Made by a program: the position numbers and the translations under genes | The notes under the pieces: model-generated | What the model saw: the letters and a program-made list of their open reading frames with translations, nothing else | Told to the model about the DNA's origin: nothing | Database searches by the model: none | Shown here: positions 17,278 to 26,828 of the stretch, in pieces | How the letters are laid out: each line of letters opens with the position of its first letter | Position numbering within the stretch: the first letter of the stretch is position 1 | DNA from: Calditrichia bacterium | GTDB taxonomy: Bacteria > Calditrichota > Calditrichia > RBG-13-44-9 > J075 | Assembly (NCBI GenBank): GCA_050633245.1 | Contig: JBOEGD010000045.1 | Location: forward strand, 1-36,010 | Direction: 5' to 3' | Length of the DNA: 36,010 nucleotides

Positions 17278-17355
17278 ACGGCAGTTGAAAGACGGCAAAG
17301 AAAGGACAGCAATTTGAAGACGGCAATTTGAAGACGGCAATTTGAAGACGGCAAT
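17278..17355 (+). repeat. 14-bp tandem array GCAATTTGAAGACG
   Basis: Three perfect copies at 17309-17350 plus degenerate in-phase copies at 17281-17308. Shares the ACGGCA core of the other arrays and starts right at the stop codon. Confidence 0.85.
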
Positions 17356-17360
17356 ATGCG

Positions 17361-17417
17361 TATGGAAGAAACCTCCGCAACTGCCGGAATGCGAAACCTT
17401 GTGAGGTGTTTTCCGTA
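17361..17417. repeat. Imperfect long hairpin (REP-like)
   Basis: TATGGAAGAAACCTCCGCAA pairs with TTGTGAGGTGTTTTCCGTA, including several G-U pairs. Confidence 0.5.
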
Positions 17418-17473
17418 AATTTTTGTCTAATCAACAGATCTAATGTCCCCTCAAAGATAGATTGGAAGAACAA

Positions 17474-18358
17474 ATGGTTCGACTTCAGCAGCTATTGATT
17501 ATTTTCCTGATATTAGTCCCCCTTTTTGCTGTTTCTCAAGACTACGAGATCTTATTTACTAAGCAGGTTAACGGAAACGACCATCTATATGTGATAAATA
17601 CAAATGGAAAGAGTAAGCAACTCACTAATCACCCGCGAAAGGACAGCACGCCGGTAATGTCACCTGATGGAAATCGGATCGTTTTTGCTTCGGAACGCGT
17701 GGGTTGGTGGAAGATATGGTTGCTGGAGCTTGCAGGTAACACCTTTTCTCAACTTACTGATGCAAATGGAGCAGAGTATGCTCCGGCCTGGTCGCCGGAT
17801 GGCAGCAACATTCTCTTCGTTTCCGGACGTGGCGGAAACAGCAATATCTTTTCGATGTCGAAAAATGGAGCGAATCAAACGAGTCTGAGTAAGCCATCAG
17901 AAAGCGAGACGATGCCGTTCTGGGGTTTAGATAATCGAATATATTTTTCAGCTAAAAGAGGCGATGTGTATCAGATTGTCTCGATGAGCCCGGATGGAAC
18001 AGCAAGAAAAGCGCTTACCGAAAGCAAAGGCGACAAGCTAATGCCGAGTCTTTCCCCTGATGGCGTAACATTACTTTTTTATGGCAATGTTGATGGAGAT
18101 TTTGAGATCTATACCATGAATCTATCCACTCAAAAGCTAAAAAGGCTTACCAATCACCCACTCATGGATATTCGTCCACGCTGGTCGGATGATGGCAAAA
18201 AAATTGTTTTCGAGCGCGGTGATAAGAAACGCAATCAACATATCTATCTGATGAACGCAGATGGTTCGGATGTGCAACAGCTTACCAAAGAGAACTACAA
18301 CTATTCGCCATCGTTTGTGGTTTCCACGACATCGTTGGTGAACGGTGAACGCAACTAA
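17474..18358 (+). CDS. TolB-like (PD40) beta-propeller exported protein
   Basis: Signal peptide; repeated P.WSPDG..I.F.S blades. Start is probably ATG 17474; the ORF track starts at 17462. Confidence 0.88.
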   Translation: MVRLQQLLIIFLILVPLFAVSQDYEILFTKQVNGNDHLYVINTNGKSKQLTNHPRKDSTPVMSPDGNRIVFASERVGWWKIWLLELAGNTFSQLTDANGAEYAPAWSPDGSNILFVSGRGGNSNIFSMSKNGANQTSLSKPSESETMPFWGLDNRIYFSAKRGDVYQIVSMSPDGTARKALTESKGDKLMPSLSPDGVTLLFYGNVDGDFEIYTMNLSTQKLKRLTNHPLMDIRPRWSDDGKKIVFERGDKKRNQHIYLMNADGSDVQQLTKENYNYSPSFVVSTTSLVNGERN

Positions 18359-18390
18359 CAGACGGCAGTCGTCGACTTGCGTATCGACGA
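18351..18390 (+). repeat. Composite repeat copy 3, containing the stop codon of the TolB-like gene
   Basis: GCAACTAACAGACGGCAG followed by TCGTCGA-cttgcgta-TCGACGA (perfect 7-bp arms at 18369-18375 and 18384-18390). Confidence 0.75.
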
Positions 18391-18426
18391 ATAGTTTTTA
18401 ATAAATTCAAGTTTTTTCGGAGGGTT

Positions 18427-18939
18427 ATGTACATTGAACTGGTTAAAGGTGATATTACAACACTTGCGGTAGATGCAGTCGTCAATGCAGCCAATACATC
18501 GCTTTTAGGGGGCGGTGGCGTCGATGGTGCAATTCATCGCGCCGGTGGACAGCAGATTCTGGAAGAATGCATGATGATCCGTAGCCGCCAGGGTGGTTGT
18601 CCGGTCAGTGAGGCTGTTATTACCACTGCGGGGAAGCTTCCGGCGAAGAAAGTGATTCACACCGTTGGCCCGGTTTGGAATGGTGGTAAAAATGGTGAAG
18701 CTGAGAAGTTGAAGAGCTGCTATCTGAATAGTATGAAGCTGGCAGAAGAAAATGGCCTGGAAAGCATTGCATTTCCGAATATTAGTACGGGGGTTTATCG
18801 GTTTCCCAAAGAACTTGCTTCTGAAATCGCCGTCGATGCAGTCAATTCCTTCTCAGGTAAAGTTGTTCAAAAGGCCATTTTCGTTTGTTTTGATGCCGAG
18901 AACTTTCAGCTATATGATCAATTGTTAAAAGCAAAATAA
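18427..18939 (+). CDS. Macrodomain O-acetyl-ADP-ribose deacetylase (YmdB-like)
   Basis: GDIT; [23 protein letters not shown]; VIHTVGP; [14 protein letters not shown]. Confidence 0.93.
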   Translation: MYIELVKGDITTLAVDAVVNAANTSLLGGGGVDGAIHRAGGQQILEECMMIRSRQGGCPVSEAVITTAGKLPAKKVIHTVGPVWNGGKNGEAEKLKSCYLNSMKLAEENGLESIAFPNISTGVYRFPKELASEIAVDAVNSFSGKVVQKAIFVCFDAENFQLYDQLLKAK

Positions 18940-19040
18940 TCATTCGGAATTAAAGTTGTTGGGCGAGAATAAGTTGATTCATGAACACCAGCCCTGAATT
19001 CTTTACCTATCAAAATTCTACTTAGAATGTGTGAAGGCTA

Positions 19041-19370
19041 ATGAAGCAGATAAGCGTAATAAACTCAATTCAGGTACCGGAAGGCATGGAAGAAAAGGCC
19101 ATTGCGGTACGCGATATCTATATCTCATATTTCAAAACCAAACCAGGATTTGTCAGCTCGACTTTTTACAAATCCATTAATGATGAGAATACCTTTAACT
19201 TTGTTAATATTGTGGTTTGGGATTCATACGAGTCCTTCATCGCAGTAGTAAACAGTGGCTTCGATAATCTGGATGGTTTAAACGATGACGATATGAAGGT
19301 GCTTGGCAAAGGGTTTCCGCATCCGATTGTGGTTAACCCGGGACAATTTGAAACGATACGAGAAGATTAA
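19041..19370 (+). CDS. Antibiotic biosynthesis monooxygenase (ABM)-like protein
   Basis: KPGFVSSTFYKS...FVNIVVWDS.ESF ferredoxin-like ABM pattern. Confidence 0.75.
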   Translation: MKQISVINSIQVPEGMEEKAIAVRDIYISYFKTKPGFVSSTFYKSINDENTFNFVNIVVWDSYESFIAVVNSGFDNLDGLNDDDMKVLGKGFPHPIVVNPGQFETIRED

Positions 19371-19379
19371 AGGACGGTT

Positions 19380-19850
19380 ATGGAACCTCAAATAGTAACT
19401 ATCGAAGAAAAGAAGCTAATCGGCATGTCCGTTTCAATGTCTTTGGTAGACAATAAAACTTTCCAGGTGTTTAGCACCTTTATGCCACGCAAGAAAGAGA
19501 TTCTGAACGCAGTGAACTCAGACGTACTCGATATGCGGGTATTCCCCGAAAATTATTATACCGCCTTTAGTCCGGCTGCTGTTTTCGAAAAGTGGGCGGC
19601 TGTTGAGGTGGCAGGCTTTGATAGTGTACCTGACGGTATGCAAACATTGACGCTGCCAGGTGGACAATACGCGGTGTTTCATCGCATAGGACTGGGCACG
19701 GATAACTCTATCTTTGAATATATCTTCACCGAATGGCTTCCCCACTCCGGTTTTCAGCTGGACAATCGCCCTCATTTTGACGTGATGGGAGAGAAGTTTA
19801 AGCGCAATGATCCAAACTCTGAAGAAGATATTTGCATACCGGTGAAGTAA
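19380..19850 (+). CDS. GyrI-like small-molecule-binding protein
   Basis: KKLIG; FEKWAAVEV; LPGGQYAVF; YIFTEWLP.SG..LDNRPHF; EEDICIP. Confidence 0.88.
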   Translation: MEPQIVTIEEKKLIGMSVSMSLVDNKTFQVFSTFMPRKKEILNAVNSDVLDMRVFPENYYTAFSPAAVFEKWAAVEVAGFDSVPDGMQTLTLPGGQYAVFHRIGLGTDNSIFEYIFTEWLPHSGFQLDNRPHFDVMGEKFKRNDPNSEEDICIPVK

Positions 19851-19863
19851 ATCACCCAAGAAA

Positions 19864-20445
19864 TTATTCCCGGGTCCTGGGATAATTTTTCGGCCCTTCG
19901 AGAAGCTCGAAGGTGTCTAAATCCAACACAACATAAGATGGCAAAGACAAACTAGTCCAGAATTCAAAAGGGACAATCTTATTATGTGCTGCGGTAAATA
20001 AGGTGATAACGGTTCCATGTGCTACTACTACCAGGTCTCCTTCAGTCACTTCGGCAATAAGTTCCTGTAGCGCTTTCGAAAAACGTGTAGTTGCCTCTAC
20101 CGCAGATTCATTTCCGATACACTTTTCATTAGGCTTCTGAAAAAAAGTGCGAAACTGTTGCTTCCATTCTTCGGGGTTCTCAAAATAGGGAAAGTTTGTT
20201 CGGTCATTCTCGTGAAGCCCCGCAATACTTCGGTTTGAAAGACCCAGCTGAGAACTAATTGCTTGCGCAGTTTCAATAGCTTTGATCTCTGTGCTTGAGA
20301 ATATCTGATTCAGATGATATCGTTCCAGCCGCTCGGCCAACCAGCCACAGCGAGTGAACCCTTCCGACGAGAGCGTCCATTTTTTTGAGGGCACTAACGG
20401 GTTGATCTCTGGCAGAGAATGTTTGATGAGAATGAGTTTCCCCAT
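19864..20445 (-). CDS. Histidine phosphatase (phosphoglycerate mutase) family protein
   Basis: LILIKHS (RHG-equivalent); FSSTEIKAIETA; GLHE; NES; VVAHG. Confidence 0.82.
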   Translation of the reverse strand: MGKLILIKHSLPEINPLVPSKKWTLSSEGFTRCGWLAERLERYHLNQIFSSTEIKAIETAQAISSQLGLSNRSIAGLHENDRTNFPYFENPEEWKQQFRTFFQKPNEKCIGNESAVEATTRFSKALQELIAEVTEGDLVVVAHGTVITLFTAAHNKIVPFEFWTSLSLPSYVVLDLDTFELLEGPKNYPRTRE

Positions 20446-20499
20446 GGTTAAAACCCCTGGTAGAGTGGGTTTGGTGTGTATACATTGAAAATCACCGTT

Positions 20500-22788
20500 C
20501 TAGCGAAGTAAAATCATTTTTCGCGTTTCGGATGCTTCTTCTCTTGAAAGCCTGTAAAAGTAAATGCCAGAGCCCGTTTTCTCATTCGAATCGCTACGAC
20601 TATCCCAAACGAAGGCGTGCTCACCAACCGGGAGGTGCTTATCAACAAGTGTTCGAATATGACGCCCGGTGATATCGAATATGCTGAGGTTGATCATTGT
20701 GGCTTGAGTAATACTAAACGTAATGTTCGTTGTTGGGTTAAAAGGGTTTGGAAAATTTTGTTTTAAAACAAAGCTGTTCGGAATAGAGTTGAGTTCCTCT
20801 GAAAGGCCGACAGGCAATTCGTTGTTTTGAAAGATCCTTACGGTCGATGGCCCATCATGAACGGCCGCCAGCATATCCTCATGAGCCGAAATACTTCTAA
20901 AGCTGTTATCGTTAATATGAGTTATTTGCACCGGATTCAATGGGTTGGAAATATCTACCACACCGATTCCTTTGCGTGTCCAGTATAGATAATTACCTAA
21001 AACTTCTCCTCGGAGACTGCCAACCCCAAAAGCTATAGGAATTTCACTAAGGAAACTTGGGTTTGCAGGATCAATAATTCCTAAGGTTGTCATGTTACCA
21101 GATAGAACATGTGCCAAGGGAGTATTTATTACGATACCGGCAGCAAAACCTTTATAACTGCTAACCGCTATTGGGTTTTCCGGAATTGAAATGTCAAAAA
21201 CCTTAAGGGCTTCCGCGGTCGCAATATATAGATATTCATCTTTTATAACAATGTCTTGAATGCTACGCAATCCATTGAGCTTTGATAAAGACTGTGGGGC
21301 TTCCGAATTACTTACATCAATCAATTGTAGTGTCGAATCGTTGTTGTTGGATGGTCCGTTAGCAATACAAATAATCGAATCCGATTTGGCAAAAGCTTGA
21401 ATAAATCGGTTATTTCCCGGACCAGCGATTCCGGTAAAATGACTTAGTTGACGAAGATCGTTCAGGTTGGAAATGTCATAAATCATTACACCCCGTTTTG
21501 AAGGGACATCTCTGTATTCTGTCGCAAAATAGGCTATGTCTCCATCGATAGACATATCCGATATGCCGGTATTGATGCGCGTATTGGAAATCACCTGTGG
21601 CTGCTCAGGATTTGTTACATCGAAAACCCAGAATCCAGTGGTGTAGCAGCCTATATATAAGCGGTTGTTGATCCACAAAACCTTGAAGGGCGATGCTAAA
21701 AAGGATATCAAGTCTTCTTCTATTGGTGTTTGCGGATTGTCTGCACTTATGATTCGCAGACCGCTATAGTGCCCCGCATAGACTCTACCATTGGTGGCGG
21801 CAATTCCAGAATCATAGCTAAGTGTTTCATCCATATCGGGGAATAGAGAGATGACCTTTGGATGCGTCCGATCCGAAATGTCGATTGTTATTAAGCCGTC
21901 GTCTCCGTTCGACATAAACAGTTGATTCCCCGATACGGCAATGTCTCTTGGTCTGCTCGTAGTTAGCGGAAGCGCAAGGTAGTTGACAAATAATGGAGTC
22001 GAAGGTTGTGAGATATCGTAAATAAGCATGCCAAGCGGTCCGCTGAGAGCATATAGATAAGAATCGACAACCTGCGCAGAACTGGATGAGCCGTTGGTAA
22101 TCAGTCGTCCAACCCAGTTTAGGCTGTCAAAAGCGGTTGCATCCAAAACTTGTATATCTTTATCCAGCCAATTTCCCCCTGCATAAACATAGCCATCTTT
22201 TACTGCCAGACAGGTTGGAAATTCACCTCCAACGTATGTTTCTGCCATTCGTAGCGGGTTTGCAAGGTCAGTGATGTTTACAGATACGACTGAGCTATAT
22301 CCTGTCATGAACAATCGATTCCCTTCGCGCACCATGGCAGCGCCAAAGAGATCTTCGCCTACACCTAGAAATACCGGATCTGTTGGTTCAGTAATATCAA
22401 AGACTTTCAGGCCTGGCCAACTGTTGACGAAGAGCAGCGAATCATCCGCAAGCATAGAGATGATTTCTCCATCCAGCTCTAACTCACCAACAACCTTATA
22501 CGGTTCGGCGGCATTAGCGTAGACAATTTGAATAGTTGCTCCATGCGCAACATACACGTGATTGCCGCTGGCTGATACTGGTCCACCGGAGCCATAATTC
22601 CAACGGGCTCTCTCGCTCAAAACAGAGTCTTCTTTAGATGGCATAGTGGCGTGTGAGGTATTCCAGCGTTCAAGAATTGTTTGATAATACTCCGTAGAAT
22701 ATGGCTGCTGAGAAAAAGCAGGTGAAAAGAATGCTAAGAGCGCAATAAGTAAACTCTGTATACATAGCCTCTGGTTGGGTCTTAACAT
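20500..22788 (-). CDS. Secreted LVIVD-repeat beta-propeller with C-terminal T9SS-type/FlgD-Ig domain
   Basis: Many 'GL.VFDI..P..P' repeats; C-terminal LKQNFPNPFNPTT...WD...SGIYFYRL...KMILLR. Start moved to ATG 22788, which gives a signal peptide; the ORF track starts at 22962. Confidence 0.88.
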   Translation of the reverse strand: MLRPNQRLCIQSLLIALLAFFSPAFSQQPYSTEYYQTILERWNTSHATMPSKEDSVLSERARWNYGSGGPVSASGNHVYVAHGATIQIVYANAAEPYKVVGELELDGEIISMLADDSLLFVNSWPGLKVFDITEPTDPVFLGVGEDLFGAAMVREGNRLFMTGYSSVVSVNITDLANPLRMAETYVGGEFPTCLAVKDGYVYAGGNWLDKDIQVLDATAFDSLNWVGRLITNGSSSSAQVVDSYLYALSGPLGMLIYDISQPSTPLFVNYLALPLTTSRPRDIAVSGNQLFMSNGDDGLITIDISDRTHPKVISLFPDMDETLSYDSGIAATNGRVYAGHYSGLRIISADNPQTPIEEDLISFLASPFKVLWINNRLYIGCYTTGFWVFDVTNPEQPQVISNTRINTGISDMSIDGDIAYFATEYRDVPSKRGVMIYDISNLNDLRQLSHFTGIAGPGNNRFIQAFAKSDSIICIANGPSNNNDSTLQLIDVSNSEAPQSLSKLNGLRSIQDIVIKDEYLYIATAEALKVFDISIPENPIAVSSYKGFAAGIVINTPLAHVLSGNMTTLGIIDPANPSFLSEIPIAFGVGSLRGEVLGNYLYWTRKGIGVVDISNPLNPVQITHINDNSFRSISAHEDMLAAVHDGPSTVRIFQNNELPVGLSEELNSIPNSFVLKQNFPNPFNPTTNITFSITQATMINLSIFDITGRHIRTLVDKHLPVGEHAFVWDSRSDSNEKTGSGIYFYRLSREEASETRKMILLR

Positions 22789-23045
22789 TTGTTCTTCTCG
22801 ACATAAATTTTCGTGATGGGGTTTTCTAATTCTATTCGCAGCAAAGTAAAAAGTTCTGAGAAATAAGACCCTCAATTGATTGCAGTAGAGAGAGGGTTTT
22901 GCACAAATATTAACCCGTCTCTGAGCTCTCTGCCTAATAAATAATGCCCAACTTTTCCTCATTTACTTCGTAACACTATGCATTCGCTTTAATCACTATT
23001 TTTGAGACGACGACACAAACAACACAACCCAGATTGATTATTGAT

Positions 23046-24302
23046 ATGAAAAAGATCCTGTTGGGCATCCTGCTCGTTACTCTATTGCTGGGCATCGCGT
23101 TTATCTCATTTGTTCTGAATGAGACGAAAGATGAGATTAATGCGACAACTAATACTGTTGAAGAAAAGCTTAATTCACTGGTGAATGTAGAAAAATTTGC
23201 TGGTTTTTCGGTTTCCGTATTCAATGCAGACAGCATTTTCTATATGAATGGCTTTGGCTATGCCGATGTTGAAGAGCAAACGCCATATTCTATTCATACC
23301 CAACAATATGTGGCTTCGATTTCCAAAACTGCTATTGGTATTGCGCTGCTAAAGGCACAAGAACTAGAGCTCCTGGACATCGATGCGCCAATCAACAACT
23401 ATCTGCCGTTCGAAATTAACAACCCCAACTTCCCGGATATTGCTATTACGCTGCGCCACCTTGCCACCCACACCTCCTCACTGGATTACAATGAGGAAGT
23501 CGTAGAATCATTGTACATCGAGGAAGCACAAAAAGAAGAATCGCTCGAGCGATTTATGCTGGCCTATTTTCGGGATGGAGAATACGGAGATATTACCTTC
23601 GGCAATTATGCGCCTGGGAGCCAATGGAATTATTCAAATATCGGAGGTGGGCTGGCAGCCTATATTATCGAGAAGCAGTCCGGTCTATCATTTACCAACT
23701 TTTCTCAAAAGTATATCTTCGATCCGTTGGAAATAACAAGTGCGTTTTGGTTTGAAGGCCGATCCGATAGCGTACGGCATAGTAGATATTATGAAGCCAA
23801 CGAAACCTCAATTAAAGAGGTGAAAACAAGCGGTGTGCAGCTCTATCCGAGCAGAGACCTGATAACCGATGTTCGTGGACTAACCACTTATTGCCAGGCA
23901 ATCATCGCCAGGGATAGCAGATTGCTTACGCCCAAGTCGTTTGAGACGCTGCTTTCAACTAACCTTGCAGATGAGGTTGTCAACACGCACGTGGACAATA
24001 GCGGTCTATTTATTATGATCGATCGCAATCAATACGGCATAACCTACCAGCTTACCGGAATGAATGGCGGTGATAACTGTATCAACGCAATGATGTGGTT
24101 TGATCCGAAAACAGAAATGGGCTATATTTTTATCGGCAATACCGGTTCATCTCAGCTAAACCGTGGACGGTTAATCTGGATTTATCGAACGCTGGTGAGT
24201 CTGGGAGATCATATTCTTCTCAGCAATCCGGAAAATTCTATTGTTGATAATGCCACGCTAAAATGGCATAATTACTATAGTCGTGTTGCCGGATTGTTTT
24301 GA
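23046..24302 (+). CDS. Serine hydrolase, beta-lactamase family (class C / D-Ala-D-Ala peptidase-like)
   Basis: SxxK (ASISK); ITLRHLATHTSSL; PG..WNYSN; N-terminal anchor. Start is probably ATG 23046. Confidence 0.88.
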   Translation: MKKILLGILLVTLLLGIAFISFVLNETKDEINATTNTVEEKLNSLVNVEKFAGFSVSVFNADSIFYMNGFGYADVEEQTPYSIHTQQYVASISKTAIGIALLKAQELELLDIDAPINNYLPFEINNPNFPDIAITLRHLATHTSSLDYNEEVVESLYIEEAQKEESLERFMLAYFRDGEYGDITFGNYAPGSQWNYSNIGGGLAAYIIEKQSGLSFTNFSQKYIFDPLEITSAFWFEGRSDSVRHSRYYEANETSIKEVKTSGVQLYPSRDLITDVRGLTTYCQAIIARDSRLLTPKSFETLLSTNLADEVVNTHVDNSGLFIMIDRNQYGITYQLTGMNGGDNCINAMMWFDPKTEMGYIFIGNTGSSQLNRGRLIWIYRTLVSLGDHILLSNPENSIVDNATLKWHNYYSRVAGLF

Positions 24303-24399
24303 TATTAGTTGAACATTTATGAGCTTCTTTAACGGCTTCCCCCCGAGTCGTATAGCTTTACATGATCCCCGCAATACAAATTATTCTTAGGAAGATTCA

Positions 24400-25371
24400 A
24401 TGAAAGCAATGGTATTCGCCACCTACGGATCACCCGATGTACTACAGTTAACCGAAATGCCCAAACCGACTCCCAAAGACGATGATGTGTTGGTGAAAAT
24501 TCATGCCACGGCCGTTAATGATTACGATTGGAGTTTGGTGAGAGGCAAGCCGTTTCTTTATCGCATCGTTTTTGGCTTTTTTAAGCCGAGGAAGCCGATA
24601 CCGGGTATGGAGTTGGCTGGTACGATTGAAGCGATTGGCGCGAATGTGACATCGTTTAAAGTCGGTGACGCGGTTTATGGTGATACGTCTGAGTATGGCT
24701 TTGGCACTTTCGCAGAGTATATATGTGTGAACGAGAAGGCGCTGGTTCTTAAGCCTGAAAAAATGACGTTCGAAGAAGCGACAACTATTCCGCACGCAAG
24801 TATGCTTGCATTTCAGGGCCTAATGGATAAGGGGAAAATTCAGCAGGGCGAACGCGTGCTGATTAACGGTGGCGGTGGTGGAGTGGGAACATTTGGTCTG
24901 CAGCTTGCTAAACTACACGGAGCCCACGTTACTGGCGTAGACACCGGTGAGAAGCTACAGATGATGAAAGAGCTTGGCTTTGATCACGTTATCGATTACA
25001 AAAAAGAAGACTTTATCAAAAACGGGCAACGGTATGATCTGGTTCTCGATGCGAAAACGACGCGTTCCTCATTTGCCTACCCGCGTGCATTAAAGCCGGG
25101 TGGCCGATACGTTACCGTCGGTGGGAATCTCACTCGCCTGCTGCAATTACTCTTTCTAAAGCGCTGGATCTCGAAGTTTAGCGGTAAACAACTGCATATT
25201 GTCGGTCTGGCAGCAAACAAAGATTTAGATTATATCAACGAGCTCTTCGATGCCGGAAAAATCAAGTGTATCATTGATGGACCCTATAAGCTGGAGGAGT
25301 CTGCAAAAGCCATCCAGCGTTTTGGTGATGGTAAGCATAGTGGTAAAGTGGTTGTATCGATTGACTATTGA
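24400..25371 (+). CDS. MDR family NAD(P)-dependent oxidoreductase (quinone reductase-like, zinc-free)
   Basis: YGSPDVL; IPGMELAG; GTFAEY; INGGGGGVGTF; GKVV. Confidence 0.9.
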   Translation: MKAMVFATYGSPDVLQLTEMPKPTPKDDDVLVKIHATAVNDYDWSLVRGKPFLYRIVFGFFKPRKPIPGMELAGTIEAIGANVTSFKVGDAVYGDTSEYGFGTFAEYICVNEKALVLKPEKMTFEEATTIPHASMLAFQGLMDKGKIQQGERVLINGGGGGVGTFGLQLAKLHGAHVTGVDTGEKLQMMKELGFDHVIDYKKEDFIKNGQRYDLVLDAKTTRSSFAYPRALKPGGRYVTVGGNLTRLLQLLFLKRWISKFSGKQLHIVGLAANKDLDYINELFDAGKIKCIIDGPYKLEESAKAIQRFGDGKHSGKVVVSIDY

Positions 25372-25425
25372 TGCGAATTATGGGTTGAGATCAACGTCAG
25401 GGTTTGAAACGAAAATGAGCACTTC

Positions 25426-25537
25426 ACAGAGTTTCTCCTGAACGAAATCGAAGGCTTCGGCCTGAAGCTCTGTTCGTCTTCCCGTTATCCGGTCAGCAAT
25501 TCTCTTCTTCCTCCTGCCCCCTTCGGCTACACTTAGG
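25426..25537. repeat. Cluster of degenerate REP-like palindromes
   Basis: CCTGAACGAAATCGAAGG (25437-25454) is nested in stem ACAGAGTTTC/GAAGCTCTGT. An oppositely oriented CCTTCGGCTACACTTAGG lies at 25520-25537; a related copy lies at 30362-30379. Confidence 0.5.
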
Positions 25538-25583
25538 GAGCGGGCATGTTATGTTTTTATCTCCCGCTCTCCTTGTCTTCCTG

Positions 25584-26696
25584 TCACTTCTTCGCAAGTT
25601 CAATGCTCTTCTTCGTAACCATTTCAGATGATTGCCAGTTTTGTCCTGTTACTAACCGGCCAGAGATTTCCATATGCGCGGTCCCAGCTTCTTTAGAATG
25701 TCGAAAAAGTGCCCCCCTTTCTTCCAGCACCGTCTCGATAATAAACGGATACTGCTTATAGTGAGGCAGGTCTTTTCGTTCGTGCGCATCGGGAAAGCCG
25801 CAGACATTTTTGTTCGCAACCAGATAGTTCCCGGAAGCGGTTTTCAGATTGACCAATCCGGCACTTCCATGACAGACTGCAGCGATCACGCCTTTATTTT
25901 GCTCGTAGATATGCATTGCGATTTTTTGAATTTCCTCGTTCTGCGGTACGTCAAATATCGGTGCACTACCTCCAGTAAACTGAACAATGTCGTACTCATC
26001 TGCTTTTACATCAGAAGGCTTTTTGGTGTTTGCAATCGCATACATAAAATCGGCATCGTAGAGATAGCGTAGTTGCAGGCTGTCTGCCGGATTGATGTAA
26101 GCAAGTGGTGCTGCTCCACCAAGTGGGGTAATTATGTCGACATGGTATCCGGCATTCAGGTAACCGGAATAAGCTGAAACAACTTCGGAAAAGCTGTTGC
26201 CTGCCGCCAGATCAGATTCACCCTGGTGTGTGGCACTTGACAGAACAAGCAGAGCCTTATTCGATGTTTTTGTGCTTGCTTCACTGGCAGCTGTTTTGCT
26301 GATGATTTTCCAGCCGGTTTCCAGCTTTTTCAGTAGCAAGAGATCGATAAAGCGTCTTTCTATTGCTGGTATGAGTACTTCCAGCTTTACGATGGCGATG
26401 CCTTTATAGCGTTGGATGGACAAAATATTGCTGACTCGGCCGTTAAACTTTCCCGGCTCTTGCTTTGCAATGCGACTGGCATATTCCTCGATTTTCATAA
26501 CGTATAGTGGGTTGTCCTTATAGTCTAAAAACATATTGGCACCTGGGAGAAAAGATGACAGAACGGAATCCGGATAGTTAAAAGATGTCCCAACGATGTA
26601 GCCATTAATGGCAGATTTGATTTTATTTTCTTCCGTTTGCGCATAGAGCGTTTGGCAGGCTATAAGGAGGATGGCAAAAAAGAGTGTTCGCTTCAT
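25584..26696 (-). CDS. Exported NTF2-like (lumazine-binding-2-like) plus DJ-1/PfpI (Hsp31-type) fusion protein
   Basis: Signal peptide; N-domain ending FIDLLLLKKLETGWKIISKT; C-domain SFSE, TPLGG, FTGG, nucleophile AVCHG, LVTGQN. Confidence 0.82.
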   Translation of the reverse strand: MKRTLFFAILLIACQTLYAQTEENKIKSAINGYIVGTSFNYPDSVLSSFLPGANMFLDYKDNPLYVMKIEEYASRIAKQEPGKFNGRVSNILSIQRYKGIAIVKLEVLIPAIERRFIDLLLLKKLETGWKIISKTAASEASTKTSNKALLVLSSATHQGESDLAAGNSFSEVVSAYSGYLNAGYHVDIITPLGGAAPLAYINPADSLQLRYLYDADFMYAIANTKKPSDVKADEYDIVQFTGGSAPIFDVPQNEEIQKIAMHIYEQNKGVIAAVCHGSAGLVNLKTASGNYLVANKNVCGFPDAHERKDLPHYKQYPFIIETVLEERGALFRHSKEAGTAHMEISGRLVTGQNWQSSEMVTKKSIELAKK

Positions 26697-26828
26697 GATT
26701 CATATTCCCTTTTGGTGAAAGTTGATTTCATTTCGATCGGCTGGAAAGCCATAAGAACTGTGGCAATAAAGGGAATTGTAGATCTTGATTCTTACAGGAT
26801 CACGATTTTGGGAGAGTAAATCCTGAAT

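Noticed and set aside
17278-17355. CRISPR-like array
   Set aside because: The units are 14 bp and directly tandem with no unique spacers, and there are no cas genes in the window.
18427-18939. Macrodomain as the antitoxin of a DarTG-like or other defence system
   Set aside because: It is a stand-alone YmdB-type domain with no neighbouring ADP-ribosyltransferase or sirtuin.
24328-24354. ECF-like promoter TTTAAC-N15-CGTATA upstream of the MDR gene
   Set aside because: Single short match with no second instance to support it.
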